DNA of 64,000 bases. Source: Gammaproteobacteria bacterium. GTDB taxonomy: Bacteria; Pseudomonadota; Gammaproteobacteria; JBCCGL01. Within the stretch, counting starts at the first letter, position 1. Each line of letters starts with the position of its first letter. The notes beneath the pieces are model-generated. The model had not been told where the DNA came from. It saw nothing but the letters and a program-made list of their open reading frames with translations, and made no database searches. The DNA lies in NCBI GenBank assembly GCA_965277715.1, contig OZ255836.1, positions 1,280,001 through 1,344,000 on the forward strand, read 5' to 3'. Below, in pieces: positions 41,313 through 52,557 of this stretch. The position numbers and the translations under genes were made by a program.

Positions 41313-43910
41313 ATGAACACGACCAAGCAAACCGAACACACGCCAATGATGCGCCAATACCTCGCGATTAAAGCGGAGTACCCGGACACACTGGTGTTTT
41401 ATCGCATGGGGGATTTCTACGAGTTGTTTTTTGATGACGCTAAGCGTGCAGCCAAACTGCTTGATATTACCTTGACCGCACGCGGTAAAACCGCTGGCCA
41501 GCCGATTCCGATGGCAGGTATCCCCTACCATGCAGCAGATGGTTACCTGGCGCGGCTGGTGAAACGCGGTGAATCGGTCGCTATTTGTGAGCAGATCGGT
41601 GATCCGGCACTGGCTAAGGGACCGGTTGAGCGAAAAGTCGTGCGGGTAGTGACGCCCGGCACAGTAACCGACGAGGCATTGCTCTCAGCACACCGGGAAA
41701 GCCTGTTAGTTGCCGTCGCACGCAACGGTGAAAAAATGGGTATCGCGGCACTGGAACTCAGTGCCGGACGTTTTATTGTGCAGCAAATGGAAAGCGAATC
41801 CGCACTGGTCAGTGAATTGACCCGATTGCAACCAGCAGAATTATTAGTCAGTGAGATGGATAGCGGCAACGCCTGTTTTAGTGAGTGGCCCGTCAGGCAG
41901 CGGCCGCCGTGGCACTTTGATACCGATACTGCGCGGGCGCAGCTAACCGCACTATTTGGCACCCGCGACCTATCTGCCTTTGGTTGCGAACAGATGCCAC
42001 TGGCAATCGCTGCCGCCGGTTGTACGTTACAATACTTGAAGGACACTCAACAGTCTGCCCTTCCCCATATTCGTGCGATAACCGTAGAGCACCGTGACGA
42101 CAGCCTGCTGATGGATTCGGCAACGCGGCGCAATCTTGAACTGGATTACAGCCTCAGTGGCGATCACCAACACACGCTGGTTGGTGTATTGGACAGTACC
42201 GTCACCAGTATGGGTGGCCGACTGTTACGCCGTTGGATTAACCGGCCACTGCGCGATCACGCACAGCTAAATGCACGCTTCGATTGTGTCACCTCGCTAT
42301 GCGATATATCGCTGCAAACCATGATACGTGAACTGCTGGGCGGTATCGTTGATATTGAGCGTATCAGCGCACGCATCGCGCTCAAATCGGCACGCCCACG
42401 CGATCTCAGTGGCCTGCACAACTCATTACAGCAAATACCGGCCATCGAAGCCCTGCTCCACACGGTTGACGGCAGCACCTTAAATACACTCAGTGATGAC
42501 TTAAAGGACGAAACCGGAATCGAGGTGTTATTGGGCAGCGCGGTGATCGAATCCCCGCCGATGTTAATCCGCGACGGTGGCGTAATCTCGCCGGGCTACG
42601 ATGGGGAGCTGGATGAACTACGTACCCTCAGTCAAAATGCCGACCAGTTTTTATTCGACCTGGAAACCCGTGAGCGGGAAAACAGCGGCATTGCCAATCT
42701 CAAGGTCAGCTACAACCGCGTGCACGGTTACTATATCGAGATTAGCCGCAACCTCACCGACAAGATCCCCGACTATTTTATCCGTCGGCAAACGCTAAAA
42801 TCCGTCGAGCGCTATATCACCCCCGAACTAAAATCGTTTGAAGACAAAGTACTCAGCGCCCGCGAACGCGCACTTTCACGCGAAAAATACCTCTATGAGC
42901 AGCTACTCGATTGCCTGTGTGAAAAAATTCCCTCGTTGCAGCTTATCGCTGCCACTATCGCGAAATTGGATGTATTCGCCTGCTTTGCCGAGCGCGCCAG
43001 CGCACTGAACTGGCGGCGGCCAATGCTTAGCGCAACACCTGGGCTGCGCATCGATGCCGGGCGCCACCCAATTGTGGAGCAGGTATTGGACACGGCATTT
43101 GTCGCCAACGATGTCTGTTTCGATCAAAAACAGCGCATGTTGTTGATTACCGGCCCCAATATGGGTGGCAAATCGACCTATATGCGGCAAATTGCACTGA
43201 TTACCCTGTTGGCCCATGTGGGCAGCTATGTACCGGCAGAGCGCGCCGAGATCGGCCCCATCGATCAAATTTTTACGCGTATCGGTGCCTCTGATGATCT
43301 CGCCAGTGGTCGCTCCACTTTTATGGTGGAAATGACCGAAGCGGCCAATATATTGCACAATGCGAGTGCGCAAAGCCTGGTATTAATGGACGAAATAGGC
43401 CGTGGCACCAGCACTTATGACGGACTCTCGCTGGCCTGGGCATGCGCCGACCATCTATGCACCACCAACTGTGCCTACACCTTGTTCGCTACGCATTATT
43501 TTGAATTGACACAATTGGCCGAGCAGCACCAGGCCATCACTAACGTGCACCTAAGCGCCATCGAGCACAAAGGGGATATTGTCTTTATGCATAATGTAAA
43601 GACCGGCCCGGCAAACCGCAGTTACGGTTTACAGGTAGCCAAACTGGCGGGCCTGCCAGCAACGACACTTAAACACGCCCAGCAGCTTTTGCAGCAATTG
43701 GAGAGCACTGCACAGGCTCAGCCCTCACACGCTAAACAATCAACTGCCTCAACACTGGGTCAACTGTCCCTTTTTGAAGACAAACCGACCGATCGGCTCG
43801 CCGAATCACTGGCGTTCATCGAACATATAGACCCAAACGATACGACGCCCAAACAGGCACTCGAGTGGCTGTATAAAATTAAGACGGCCATAGACAGTAC
43901 TCAGAGCTGA
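41313..43910 (+). CDS. mutS: DNA mismatch repair protein MutS
   Basis: [47 protein letters not shown]. Confidence 0.98.
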   Translation: MNTTKQTEHTPMMRQYLAIKAEYPDTLVFYRMGDFYELFFDDAKRAAKLLDITLTARGKTAGQPIPMAGIPYHAADGYLARLVKRGESVAICEQIGDPALAKGPVERKVVRVVTPGTVTDEALLSAHRESLLVAVARNGEKMGIAALELSAGRFIVQQMESESALVSELTRLQPAELLVSEMDSGNACFSEWPVRQRPPWHFDTDTARAQLTALFGTRDLSAFGCEQMPLAIAAAGCTLQYLKDTQQSALPHIRAITVEHRDDSLLMDSATRRNLELDYSLSGDHQHTLVGVLDSTVTSMGGRLLRRWINRPLRDHAQLNARFDCVTSLCDISLQTMIRELLGGIVDIERISARIALKSARPRDLSGLHNSLQQIPAIEALLHTVDGSTLNTLSDDLKDETGIEVLLGSAVIESPPMLIRDGGVISPGYDGELDELRTLSQNADQFLFDLETRERENSGIANLKVSYNRVHGYYIEISRNLTDKIPDYFIRRQTLKSVERYITPELKSFEDKVLSARERALSREKYLYEQLLDCLCEKIPSLQLIAATIAKLDVFACFAERASALNWRRPMLSATPGLRIDAGRHPIVEQVLDTAFVANDVCFDQKQRMLLITGPNMGGKSTYMRQIALITLLAHVGSYVPAERAEIGPIDQIFTRIGASDDLASGRSTFMVEMTEAANILHNASAQSLVLMDEIGRGTSTYDGLSLAWACADHLCTTNCAYTLFATHYFELTQLAEQHQAITNVHLSAIEHKGDIVFMHNVKTGPANRSYGLQVAKLAGLPATTLKHAQQLLQQLESTAQAQPSHAKQSTASTLGQLSLFEDKPTDRLAESLAFIEHIDPNDTTPKQALEWLYKIKTAIDSTQS

Positions 43911-43942
43911 CACTACCCCGCTCCTCGTGATAATTTAGCACT

Positions 43943-44803
43943 ATGTATAAATTCAAAAAAATTGGCCTTATCACCCGGCTAAACGACCTGAAAGTATCCG
44001 ACACCCTCAACGACGTACACGCACGCCTGGAAAAACTGGGCTGTGAGGTCATACTCGACCACAGTACCCGTGGTTTGATTGGTGGATTGAAAACAGTCGG
44101 GCTGGACGTTATCGCCGAGGAATGTGACCTGGCCATTGTGATCGGTGGTGATGGCACCCTGCTACATACCGCACGCGCACTGGCCGATTGTGATGTGCCG
44201 ATTGTCGGCGTAAACCGTGGCCGCCTGGGCTTTTTAGTCGATGTATCCCCAGAGAGTGAGCTCACCCAGCTCAACGAGATTCTCGCCGGTAACTACCTGA
44301 ACGAAGAGCGCTTATTGCTCAACGTTGAAATACGCCGCGACGGCGAACGGGTTAATCAGGTGGTGGCATTTAATGACATCGTACTGCGCGTCAAAGACCT
44401 GCTGCGCATTATAGAGTTTGAAACCTATATTAATGACCGCTTCGTCAATGTGCAGCGCGCCGATGGCATCATCGTTTCAACACCCTCGGGCTCGACGGCC
44501 TACTCACTCTCCAACGGTGGACCCATTGTCACCCCAACGCTCGACGTGATCGTCATGCAGCCAATCTGCCCACACACACTCAGCAGTCGCCCACTGGTGG
44601 TTGGTGCCGATAGCGATATCCGCATTCGCATCAGCGATGAGGGAATCGACAACGGCCAGTTGGTCAGCGATGGGCAGGTATACTTTGATCTGATGCCCAA
44701 TGATGTCATCCATATTAAACGGCACGCCAAGTGTGTACGCCTTTTACACCCAAACAACTACAACTACTACAAACTGCTGCGCGCCAAACTAAACTGGACC
44801 TGA
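43943..44803 (+). CDS. nadK: NAD+ kinase
   Basis: GGDGT, GRLGFL, DGIIVSTPSGSTAYSLSNGGP. Confidence 0.95.
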   Translation: MYKFKKIGLITRLNDLKVSDTLNDVHARLEKLGCEVILDHSTRGLIGGLKTVGLDVIAEECDLAIVIGGDGTLLHTARALADCDVPIVGVNRGRLGFLVDVSPESELTQLNEILAGNYLNEERLLLNVEIRRDGERVNQVVAFNDIVLRVKDLLRIIEFETYINDRFVNVQRADGIIVSTPSGSTAYSLSNGGPIVTPTLDVIVMQPICPHTLSSRPLVVGADSDIRIRISDEGIDNGQLVSDGQVYFDLMPNDVIHIKRHAKCVRLLHPNNYNYYKLLRAKLNWT

Positions 44804-44808
44804 GTTAT

Positions 44809-46479
44809 ATGCTCACGCACCTGCACATCCGCAACTTTGCCATTATCGACAGCATCGAAATCGAGCTGCAACAGGGTATGACGGTACTTACCGGTGAAAC
44901 CGGTGCAGGTAAATCCATTCTGCTCGATGCACTCGGGCTGTTACTCGGTGACCGTGCCGACAGTGCACAATTGCGTGAAGGGGCTGAAAAAGCCGATATA
45001 AGTGCGCTATTTTCGATTGAAGACAACCCCGCCGCCCTGGCCTGGCTGGCGGCAAACGAGCTGGACGATAACGGTGAATGCCTGATCCGCCGCACCATCA
45101 GCCGCGATACCCGCTCACGTGGCTACATCAACGGCCAGGTAGCGCCGCTGCAATTACTGCGCACACTGGGTGAAATGCTGGTCGACATTCACGGCCAACA
45201 CGAACACCAACTGCTCATGCGCAAGGCCACTCAGCGGGAATTGCTCGACGCCTATGCAGGCAATAACCCGTTGCTGGACAAGCTCGCGGTTAACTACCGG
45301 GCATTACAGCGCATCGATGAACAGATCGATGCCCTTGAGGAAAGCAGCAGTGCGGCAGGGCAAATGGATATGTTGCAATACCAGCTCGACGAGCTAGAGC
45401 AACTTGACCTTAGCGCCACTCACATCAACGCCATCGAACAGGAACACAAACGCATGAGCAATGCAGGGCGGTTACTGGGCGATTGCCAGTCGACACTCGA
45501 AGCGCTCTACGAAGGCGACCATGCACTGCATAGCCAGCTCGCAGCGATGCAACACACAATTGGTGTTCTGTGCGGGCTGGACCCGGCACTCGATGCCGTA
45601 TCGAAAACACTGGGCGATGCAGCGATTAACTGCAATGAAGCGGCTATTGAGTTGCGCGATTACCTTGCACGCATCGAACTCGACGACAACCGGCTCGCGA
45701 TGCTGGAACAAACCCTGACAACACTGCACAGTCTGTCACGCAAACACAAAACCACACCTGAAAGACTAGCGGAAACACGCGAAAAACTGGCCAACCAGCT
45801 AGCGTTACTGGCCAGCGCAGACCACAACCGCGAGCAACTGGCAGCACAACGGGTACAGCTAATCGACAGCTACAACAGCATCGATAACGCACTTAGCCAC
45901 GCACGCCACGAGGCCGGGGTTAAGCTCGGCGAGGAAATCAGCGCACATATGCAGGCACTGGGTATGTCTGGCGGCCTGTTTTCAGTGGCAATATCATCAA
46001 CGCAACGGGACAAACCGGGGCTATACGGCAGTGATAACATCACCTTTATGGTCAGCGCCAATCCAGGGCAATCGCCAAAAGCGCTGACCAAGGTGGCATC
46101 CGGTGGTGAGTTGTCGCGCATCAGCCTGGCACTGCAGTTAGTCGCCTCAAAATACAAATCCTCGGCAACACTGATCTTTGACGAGGTAGACGGTGGCATC
46201 GGCGGTGCAGTGGCCGAGACAGTCGGCAGGCAACTGCGTAAACTCAGCGCCCAGGCGCAGGTTATGTGTGTGACCCACCTACCACAGGTGGCCTCTCAGG
46301 GAAATGCGCACTTTGTCGTCAGTAAGCGCAGTGATGGGGAGCACACCCGCGTGCATATTCAGCTGCTGGACGCCACAGAAAAGGTCGAGGAAATTGCACG
46401 CATGTTAGGTGGCATCTCGATTACCGAACAAAGCCGGTCACATGCACAGGAAATGTTGACAAATGCCGGGAGCAATTAA
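44809..46479 (+). CDS. recN: DNA repair protein RecN
   Basis: TGETGAGKS, DIHGQHEHQ, ASGGELSR, IFDEVDGGIGG, VTHLPQVA. Confidence 0.96.
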   Translation: MLTHLHIRNFAIIDSIEIELQQGMTVLTGETGAGKSILLDALGLLLGDRADSAQLREGAEKADISALFSIEDNPAALAWLAANELDDNGECLIRRTISRDTRSRGYINGQVAPLQLLRTLGEMLVDIHGQHEHQLLMRKATQRELLDAYAGNNPLLDKLAVNYRALQRIDEQIDALEESSSAAGQMDMLQYQLDELEQLDLSATHINAIEQEHKRMSNAGRLLGDCQSTLEALYEGDHALHSQLAAMQHTIGVLCGLDPALDAVSKTLGDAAINCNEAAIELRDYLARIELDDNRLAMLEQTLTTLHSLSRKHKTTPERLAETREKLANQLALLASADHNREQLAAQRVQLIDSYNSIDNALSHARHEAGVKLGEEISAHMQALGMSGGLFSVAISSTQRDKPGLYGSDNITFMVSANPGQSPKALTKVASGGELSRISLALQLVASKYKSSATLIFDEVDGGIGGAVAETVGRQLRKLSAQAQVMCVTHLPQVASQGNAHFVVSKRSDGEHTRVHIQLLDATEKVEEIARMLGGISITEQSRSHAQEMLTNAGSN

Positions 46480-46889
46480 TCCGGTTGATCGTAAACACCG
46501 TAGGCCGTCAGGGTGTAATCGGTCAGCTTATACCCCCGCTCGGCAGCAATACTGTCCAGGCGCTCTTCAATAACAGCGTCGGTAAACTCCTCTACGTGAC
46601 CACTCTTTACGCAGATGATGTGATTGTGGTTATCGCCAACATCCAGCTCAAACACAGCCTGACCCTGGCCGCTGTCAAAGTGGTGCCGGGTAACCAGCCC
46701 CGCCGCCTCAAACTGCGTTAACACACGGTATACAGTGGCCAGACCCACATCAGACCCCGATTGCATCAAAGCGCGATACACATCTTCGGCGCTCATGTGG
46801 TGATGTTCGCAACGCTCCAGAATTTCCAGAATTTTTACGCGTGGCAGCGTGACCTTCAATCCTGCTTTTTTGAGTTCACTGGTTGACAA
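46476..46889 (-). CDS. fur: Ferric uptake regulator
   Basis: LKKAGLKVTLPRVKIL, HMSAEDVY, VGLATVYRVLTQFE; recN-fur-bamE order; TTG start inferred from a GGAG RBS. Confidence 0.93.
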   Translation of the reverse strand: MSTSELKKAGLKVTLPRVKILEILERCEHHHMSAEDVYRALMQSGSDVGLATVYRVLTQFEAAGLVTRHHFDSGQGQAVFELDVGDNHNHIICVKSGHVEEFTDAVIEERLDSIAAERGYKLTDYTLTAYGVYDQPD

Positions 46890-46933
46890 CACCTTTCTCC
46901 ACCGCAACGGTATATAAATAATAAATCGATTAA

Positions 46934-46983
46934 TCTAGGCTCCATGTATTAACTTGCACACAAGTCAATACATGATGTCTAGG
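46934..46983 (-). repeat. 50-bp CTAG-ended palindromic element, copy B
   Basis: TCTAGGCTCCATGTATTAACTTGCACACAAGTCAATACATGATGTCTAGG in the fur-bamE divergent intergenic region; 44/50 match to copy A. Confidence 0.85.
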
Positions 46984-47094
46984 AGATTATTCAGAGATCT
47001 GGATGATTATTTGGGTTTCAAGTATAACAATGTTTGATCCCCACCTGGCAATATGGCCAAATACCACCTGCGACAACCAAATTTCGACTCGATA

Positions 47095-47439
47095 ATGATA
47101 CATTACTCAAAAAAAATAGCGCATACCCTTGTTTTTATTATTGTAGGCATGACGAATTATGGCTGTGTATCGATACTGCCAGACCCTCACAAGATCGATA
47201 TACACCAGGGCAACATCGTCGACAGTCAGCGTGTTGAACAACTTCAGGTCGGCATGAGCCGCGAGCAGGTAAAATACCTACTGGGCAGCCCGGTCAGCAA
47301 CAACCTGTTTCGTACAAACCGCTGGGACTATTTACACTACGTCAGTAAAGCGGGAAACTACGCAAAACCCAAGCGGGTCACGGTCTTTTTTGATAACGGT
47401 GTCGTCAGTAAAATCGAAAATCAATACACCACTCAGTAA
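47095..47439 (+). CDS. bamE: Outer membrane assembly lipoprotein BamE
   Basis: Lipoprotein-type Cys (YGC), IDIHQGN, GMSREQVKYLLGSP, RWDY. Confidence 0.92.
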   Translation: MIHYSKKIAHTLVFIIVGMTNYGCVSILPDPHKIDIHQGNIVDSQRVEQLQVGMSREQVKYLLGSPVSNNLFRTNRWDYLHYVSKAGNYAKPKRVTVFFDNGVVSKIENQYTTQ

Positions 47440-47449
47440 GCTATAGCAC

Positions 47450-47881
47450 TCACACGTATACCTCCTTAGCGCGCTGACAAAACGCTTCAACCAGAGACCC
47501 ACAGATACTGCTAAACACCGGCCCAACTGACGTGGCAATCAACGGGTTGGCAATGGCAAACTCGATATCCAATAACACCTTACACCCCACATCACCCAAC
47601 GCGGTGAACACCCAGCTACCGTTAAGGTGGCTAAAGGGGCCATCTAACAACACCATATCGATGCGTTGATTCGCTTGCATCGTATTGCGCGTTGTAAAGC
47701 GTTGATTGACAGCGGCCCTGGAAATGCAAATGGATGCCGTCTGCCTGTCAATACACTTTTCAACAACATCCACGCCGCTGCACCAGGGTAAAAACAGCGG
47801 ATACGCCTCAACATCATTCACCAGATCGTACATTTGGTTTGGCGTATACATCACTAACGCCGAGCGGGAAATGGTTGTCAT
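47450..47881 (-). CDS. ratA: RatA/PasT (Coq10-like START domain protein)
   Basis: SRSALVMY, LVNDVEAYPLFLPWC, FTTRN, GPFSHLNGSW; divergent from smpB. Confidence 0.9.
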   Translation of the reverse strand: MTTISRSALVMYTPNQMYDLVNDVEAYPLFLPWCSGVDVVEKCIDRQTASICISRAAVNQRFTTRNTMQANQRIDMVLLDGPFSHLNGSWVFTALGDVGCKVLLDIEFAIANPLIATSVGPVFSSICGSLVEAFCQRAKEVYV

Positions 47882-47965
47882 AAGGCGTTGGGGCACCATG
47901 GCAGCAGGAAAAACAGAGGCAGGCAAAAACCTGCCTCTAAAAATTGAATCGATTATAATCTCGCA

Positions 47966-48451
47966 ATGGGAAAACAAAAGAAACAAAAAACGGCACCCGG
48001 CTCGACGATTGCACTAAACAAAAAAGCCCGTCACGATTTTCATATCGAGGACAAGCTTGAAGCAGGTTTGGTATTACAGGGCTGGGAGGTCAAGAGCTTA
48101 CGTGCAGGCCGCATTCAGATTACTGACAGTTATGTCATGCTGCGCGATGCAGAGGCTTGGCTAATCGCCTGCCACATGCCCCCCTTATTGTCGGCATCAA
48201 CACATATAACACCCAATCCAATGCGTGCGCGAAAACTGTTGCTACACCAGCGCGAATTGGCACGCTTGATTGGTGCCGTCGAACGCAAAGGCTTTACCCT
48301 CGTGCCACTGGCAATGTACTGGCGGCGTGGCCTGGCCAAGCTGGAAGTGGGCCTGGCAAAAGGTAAAAAAGAACACGATAAGCGGGCCGATATAAAAAAC
48401 CGGGACTGGGAGCGGGATAAGCAACGCATAATGCGCAACGCCAGCCGTTAG
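47966..48451 (+). CDS. smpB: SsrA-binding protein
   Basis: [39 protein letters not shown]. Confidence 0.97.
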   Translation: MGKQKKQKTAPGSTIALNKKARHDFHIEDKLEAGLVLQGWEVKSLRAGRIQITDSYVMLRDAEAWLIACHMPPLLSASTHITPNPMRARKLLLHQRELARLIGAVERKGFTLVPLAMYWRRGLAKLEVGLAKGKKEHDKRADIKNRDWERDKQRIMRNASR

Positions 48452-48454
48452 CGT

Positions 48455-48617
48455 TAGGGGGTTTTCTCAATTATCTGAGCGAGACTGATTGTGAGCCACA
48501 ATCGTCTCGGCAAGACGCAATGAGGAACAATAGCCATTCTATTGTGACGCGTTGCAACACCGCCAGCGCGGAAAAGGGCCGAAAACAGACTGTGAAGGTG
48601 ATTGAGAACGCCCCCTA
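48455..48617. mobile_element. Putative 163-bp non-autonomous MITE
   Basis: Terminal inverted repeats TAGGGGGTTTTCTCAAT and ATTGAGAACGCCCCCTA (15/17 complementary); no ORF; fills the smpB-dnaQ gap. Confidence 0.6.
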
Positions 48618-48640
48618 GGAGATCCCGTCAAAATAAAAAA

Positions 48641-49351
48641 CTAATGGCGCCAAACACAGCCATTTTCGCTTTCTTTTTGCAGTGTCTCCAGCCACACATT
48701 ATGTGCAGCCAATTCACTCTGGTTGGCGTATAAAACCGGGGTGGGTTTAATTTCAGTACTGCCCAGTGCATTTAATGCAGGGTCTGGCCCCAGCTCTTGA
48801 TCGACTGCCAATGACAAACTAACTTGTCCACCTGTCATCAACAGATACACATCGGCCAGTATTTCAGAATCCAGTAGCGCACCGTGCAGGGTGCGCTGGG
48901 TATTATCAATACCCAATCGCTTACACAGGGCATCGAGGCTATTGCGCTGGCCGGGGTACATCTCACGTGCCATAACCAGCGTATCCAATACAGTACAACG
49001 GTTTTTTATACTTTCCTTACCAAGTCGTTGCAGCTCGGCATCGATAAAACCCACATCAAACGGCGCATTGTGGATAACCAACTCAGCACCATTGACAAAC
49101 ATTAAAAAATCGTCTGCAACGGCAGTAAAGCGGGGTTTATCGAGTAAAAACTCATTGGTAATACCATGCACCTCCATAGCGCCCTCATCAATATCACGAT
49201 CGGGCTGTAAATACTGGTGAAAGTGGTTGCCCGTTAGTTTCCGATCGATGACTTCCACACCGCCAATTTCGATAATACGGTGTCCTTGAGCGGGGTCCAG
49301 CCCAGTGGTTTCTGTATCGAGTACAACCTGTCGCATTATTGCATTACTCAC
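48641..49351 (-). CDS. dnaQ: DNA polymerase III epsilon subunit
   Basis: [27 protein letters not shown]. Confidence 0.96.
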   Translation of the reverse strand: MSNAIMRQVVLDTETTGLDPAQGHRIIEIGGVEVIDRKLTGNHFHQYLQPDRDIDEGAMEVHGITNEFLLDKPRFTAVADDFLMFVNGAELVIHNAPFDVGFIDAELQRLGKESIKNRCTVLDTLVMAREMYPGQRNSLDALCKRLGIDNTQRTLHGALLDSEILADVYLLMTGGQVSLSLAVDQELGPDPALNALGSTEIKPTPVLYANQSELAAHNVWLETLQKESENGCVWRH

Positions 49352-49805
49352 TCTCTAGCCGTTCGTCGATACCGCGATTGGCCAGCGCATCGGCGCGGTC
49401 ATTATACAAATCACCACTGTGCCCCTTGACCCACTGCCAATCGATGGTGTGTTTTTGCGTAATATCATCCAGCCGTCGCCATAAATCGGCATTTTTCACC
49501 GGTAATTTGCTGGCCGTTCGCCAATCATTGCGTTTCCAGCCACTCATCCACTGCGTAATACCATTAATCACATATTTTGAATCGGTGACCAATACTACAG
49601 TACAGGATCGGGTTAGTGCCTCAAGCCCACGAATAGCCGCCATTAGCTCCATACGATTGTTCGTCGTCAGCATCTCCCCACCGTACAGAACCCTTTCCTG
49701 GTTACCGCTCATTAGCACAACCCCCCAACCACCTTCCCCAGGGTTACCACGACAGGCACCATCGGTGTACATTTTAACGTGCGGCGCTTCAGTTTTTCCT
49801 GCCAT
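49344..49805 (-). CDS. rnhA: Ribonuclease HI
   Basis: [32 protein letters not shown]. Confidence 0.96.
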   Translation of the reverse strand: MAGKTEAPHVKMYTDGACRGNPGEGGWGVVLMSGNQERVLYGGEMLTTNNRMELMAAIRGLEALTRSCTVVLVTDSKYVINGITQWMSGWKRNDWRTASKLPVKNADLWRRLDDITQKHTIDWQWVKGHSGDLYNDRADALANRGIDERLESE

Positions 49806-50583
49806 GAATCTTTTCCACCTTATTAATAGGGTCAATAATCTGTCGCGCCGCGATAGCCTGACGCCACCGCTGTAAACGCGGCGTCAACGGCCGGGTCTGT
49901 TTTCTCGCCAATATCAAATACGCACCACCAAAAATATTCAGCCAGGGTTGCAGTTTCTCAAGAAAAGACAATCGCGACAGAAAAACCGGCTGGGCAATGG
50001 GTGGGCGAAGAAAAAACCGACGACGGCCCACTACTCTAAAATTCAATAATGACAACCAGTCGTCTATACGTGTTTGGGTATAAAATTGCCCATTCCAAGG
50101 GGTATTTCGTCGCCAAAAACGCATATTGCGTACTATCCCCCAACTGCTGAGCGGGTTAAATCCCAGTATCAGTAAATAACCATCGCGTAACAATACTCTG
50201 TCCGCCTCACGGAGAACCTGATGGGGGTTTTGACAAAACTCCAGCGTATGTGGCATTACCAGCAGACTGATCGTATCCGTGGCAATAGGCAGTTCTAACA
50301 CGTTAGATACCATATCCACCGACTTGTGAAGTTCATTGCCCCCAAGTATAAAGCGACGCGACAGACCGGCACCACCGAGCAACCCTTCACTGTTGTCACT
50401 CAGTTGCCCCAATTGTAACGCCTGATAGCCAAACACCGGGCGCAGCATACCCTCCAGGTGGTCGTTTACCTCCTTCAGCATGGACTGACCAAGAAAAGAC
50501 GCGTACCATTCTAGAAGTTCTGGTTGTGTGCTGTTCCAGTCAGTCAGTGCAGAATCAATGGGCATAACGATAGAATCGGACAA
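49789..50583 (-). CDS. yafS: SAM-dependent methyltransferase-like YafS
   Basis: [36 protein letters not shown]; upstream of rnhA. Confidence 0.82.
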   Translation of the reverse strand: MSDSIVMPIDSALTDWNSTQPELLEWYASFLGQSMLKEVNDHLEGMLRPVFGYQALQLGQLSDNSEGLLGGAGLSRRFILGGNELHKSVDMVSNVLELPIATDTISLLVMPHTLEFCQNPHQVLREADRVLLRDGYLLILGFNPLSSWGIVRNMRFWRRNTPWNGQFYTQTRIDDWLSLLNFRVVGRRRFFLRPPIAQPVFLSRLSFLEKLQPWLNIFGGAYLILARKQTRPLTPRLQRWRQAIAARQIIDPINKVEKIHGRKN

Positions 50584-50760
50584 TACTCGGTTTTAGTGAA
50601 TGGTATAGGCTAATACCTTTACAAGTGCTTGTCACTCGTGATTGCAGGTGCTGCACAGGGTACGCTACCCATTGAAGAAATCACGACAACCTTAAAAAAA
50701 ACGCCACTATTTATCCAGTCATTTTATTTAGATGTACATTTTGTATACCAAGGAGTAGCT

Positions 50761-52476
50761 TTGCTGCATTATAACAACGCCCCACGACGAACAGGCCTGC
50801 TTTCGCTGCTGATAGGGGGCTATATATTTATACTCGGCGGATGCGCCCAGCTTCCCCAATCAACAGAAGATTCAGCGCCGGGACAAGGCACTGCGAAACA
50901 GCAGGCACCCCCCCCTAAATCCAACCAGACCACGAATAACAGCGCATCCACAACAACGCAACCTACCTCCCCTGTAACACTTCCAGCCGAGACAACCCGC
51001 TCCACTCAGTTTGTAAAAAACCACACGCTAGTGGATGGAGCTAACCTCAACGCGACCAACCAAGACCTCTGGCATTGGTTAAAGCATCGATTTACATGGA
51101 AGCACGCCAATAATGACCGTATCGCCAGGCAGCAGAAATGGTTTGCTCAGAATACAGCGTATGTTAAACGGGTCTTAGAGCGCAGTAGGCCTTATCTCCA
51201 CTATATTGCCAATCAACTGGAGAAAAACCACCTGCCCTTTGAGTTGGCGCTATTGCCTGTTATTGAAAGTGCTTACCGCCCCTTCGCTTATTCCCATGGC
51301 CGGGCGACCGGGATTTGGCAATTCATTCCATCTACCGGCAAATCTTTTGGCTTAACGCAAGACTGGTGGTACGACGGCAGACGGGATATCGCCGCGTCAA
51401 CTAATGCCGCAATCCGGTTTTTTAAACAGCTTGAAAGGGAATTTGACGGCAATTGGTTACACGCGTTAGCCGCTTATAATGCGGGGCCAACAAAGGTTCG
51501 CAATGCAATAAAGCACAACCAGAAGAAAAACCTTCCCGCCTCTTATTGGGATTTGCACCTACCCAGGGAAACACGTAACTACGTACCGAAATTGCTGGCA
51601 TTGATATCAGTCATTGATCAATCAGAAAAATACAAATTAGATCTTCCATTGATCAGCACACAACCCTATTTCGCCAAAATCGACACCGGGAAACAAATAG
51701 ACTTATCACGTGCGGCAAAAATGGCGGGGATCAGTATTGAACAACTATACCTGCTAAACCCAGGTTTCAATCGTTGGGCAACAGCGCCTGATGGCCCCCA
51801 TCACCTACTCATTCCCATCAATAATGCCGAGCAGTTCAAATTGGCCTTGGCTAAACTCCCCGATGCGGAACGCATTACCTGGACCAGGCACACCATAAAA
51901 TCCGGTGAAACACTCAGCACAATTGCCAGGCGTTACAAAACAACTGTGGGCTATATCAAAAAGGTAAACCACCTCAGTAGCAACCTTATTCGTGCGGGCC
52001 GCGCATTAACTATTCCAGGGCCAGGCGCGGCAGAATCCACTTACGTATACAGCGCGTCCCAACGTCTTAAAGTTGCACAATCAAACGGTAGCGGCACCCG
52101 GTACACCCACAAGGTACGTAATGGCGATACCTTATGGAGACTGGCAAAAACTTACGGCGCTACAATTAGGAAAATCGCCCAATGGAACAATATAACACCG
52201 AAAACCCCATTGAAGCTCGGGCAAAAACTGGTTATTTGGAAGAAACCTGCTTCAAATATTATGGTAAATACTCAAGCGGGGGCGGTTTTTCAGCCATCAA
52301 TCCAAACAATACGCTACACAGTAAAATCCGGTGATTCACTCGATGGTATTGCGCACCGCTTTAATATCAAAGTAGCTGATTTGTTGCGATGGAATGTAGA
52401 ATTAAAAAACGCACGATACATCCACCCCGGTCAAAAGATTCGCCTACAACTTGATGTGCGCGAACAGTCTGGTTAG
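50761..52476 (+). CDS. mltD: Membrane-bound lytic murein transglycosylase D (SLT + three LysM)
   Basis: Lipobox LGGC, LPVIESAY, GIWQF, AAYNAG, ETRNYVPK, three LysM repeats; TTG start after AGGAG inferred. Confidence 0.92.
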   Translation: MLHYNNAPRRTGLLSLLIGGYIFILGGCAQLPQSTEDSAPGQGTAKQQAPPPKSNQTTNNSASTTTQPTSPVTLPAETTRSTQFVKNHTLVDGANLNATNQDLWHWLKHRFTWKHANNDRIARQQKWFAQNTAYVKRVLERSRPYLHYIANQLEKNHLPFELALLPVIESAYRPFAYSHGRATGIWQFIPSTGKSFGLTQDWWYDGRRDIAASTNAAIRFFKQLEREFDGNWLHALAAYNAGPTKVRNAIKHNQKKNLPASYWDLHLPRETRNYVPKLLALISVIDQSEKYKLDLPLISTQPYFAKIDTGKQIDLSRAAKMAGISIEQLYLLNPGFNRWATAPDGPHHLLIPINNAEQFKLALAKLPDAERITWTRHTIKSGETLSTIARRYKTTVGYIKKVNHLSSNLIRAGRALTIPGPGAAESTYVYSASQRLKVAQSNGSGTRYTHKVRNGDTLWRLAKTYGATIRKIAQWNNITPKTPLKLGQKLVIWKKPASNIMVNTQAGAVFQPSIQTIRYTVKSGDSLDGIAHRFNIKVADLLRWNVELKNARYIHPGQKIRLQLDVREQSG

Positions 52477-52557
52477 TGGGTTATGGCGATTAGCTCACAT
52501 GTGCATCACTATGCTATCTTCCAGCCTGGAGCCTGCAGGGGTTTATAAGCAAAAATT

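Noticed and set aside
47450-47881. RatA as part of a toxin-antitoxin defence module
   Set aside because: No ratB partner; RatA/PasT is now regarded as a Coq10-like respiratory factor at a conserved core locus.
48452-48640. tmRNA (ssrA) after smpB
   Set aside because: The gap is under 200 bp and lacks tRNA-like termini and a tag reading frame.
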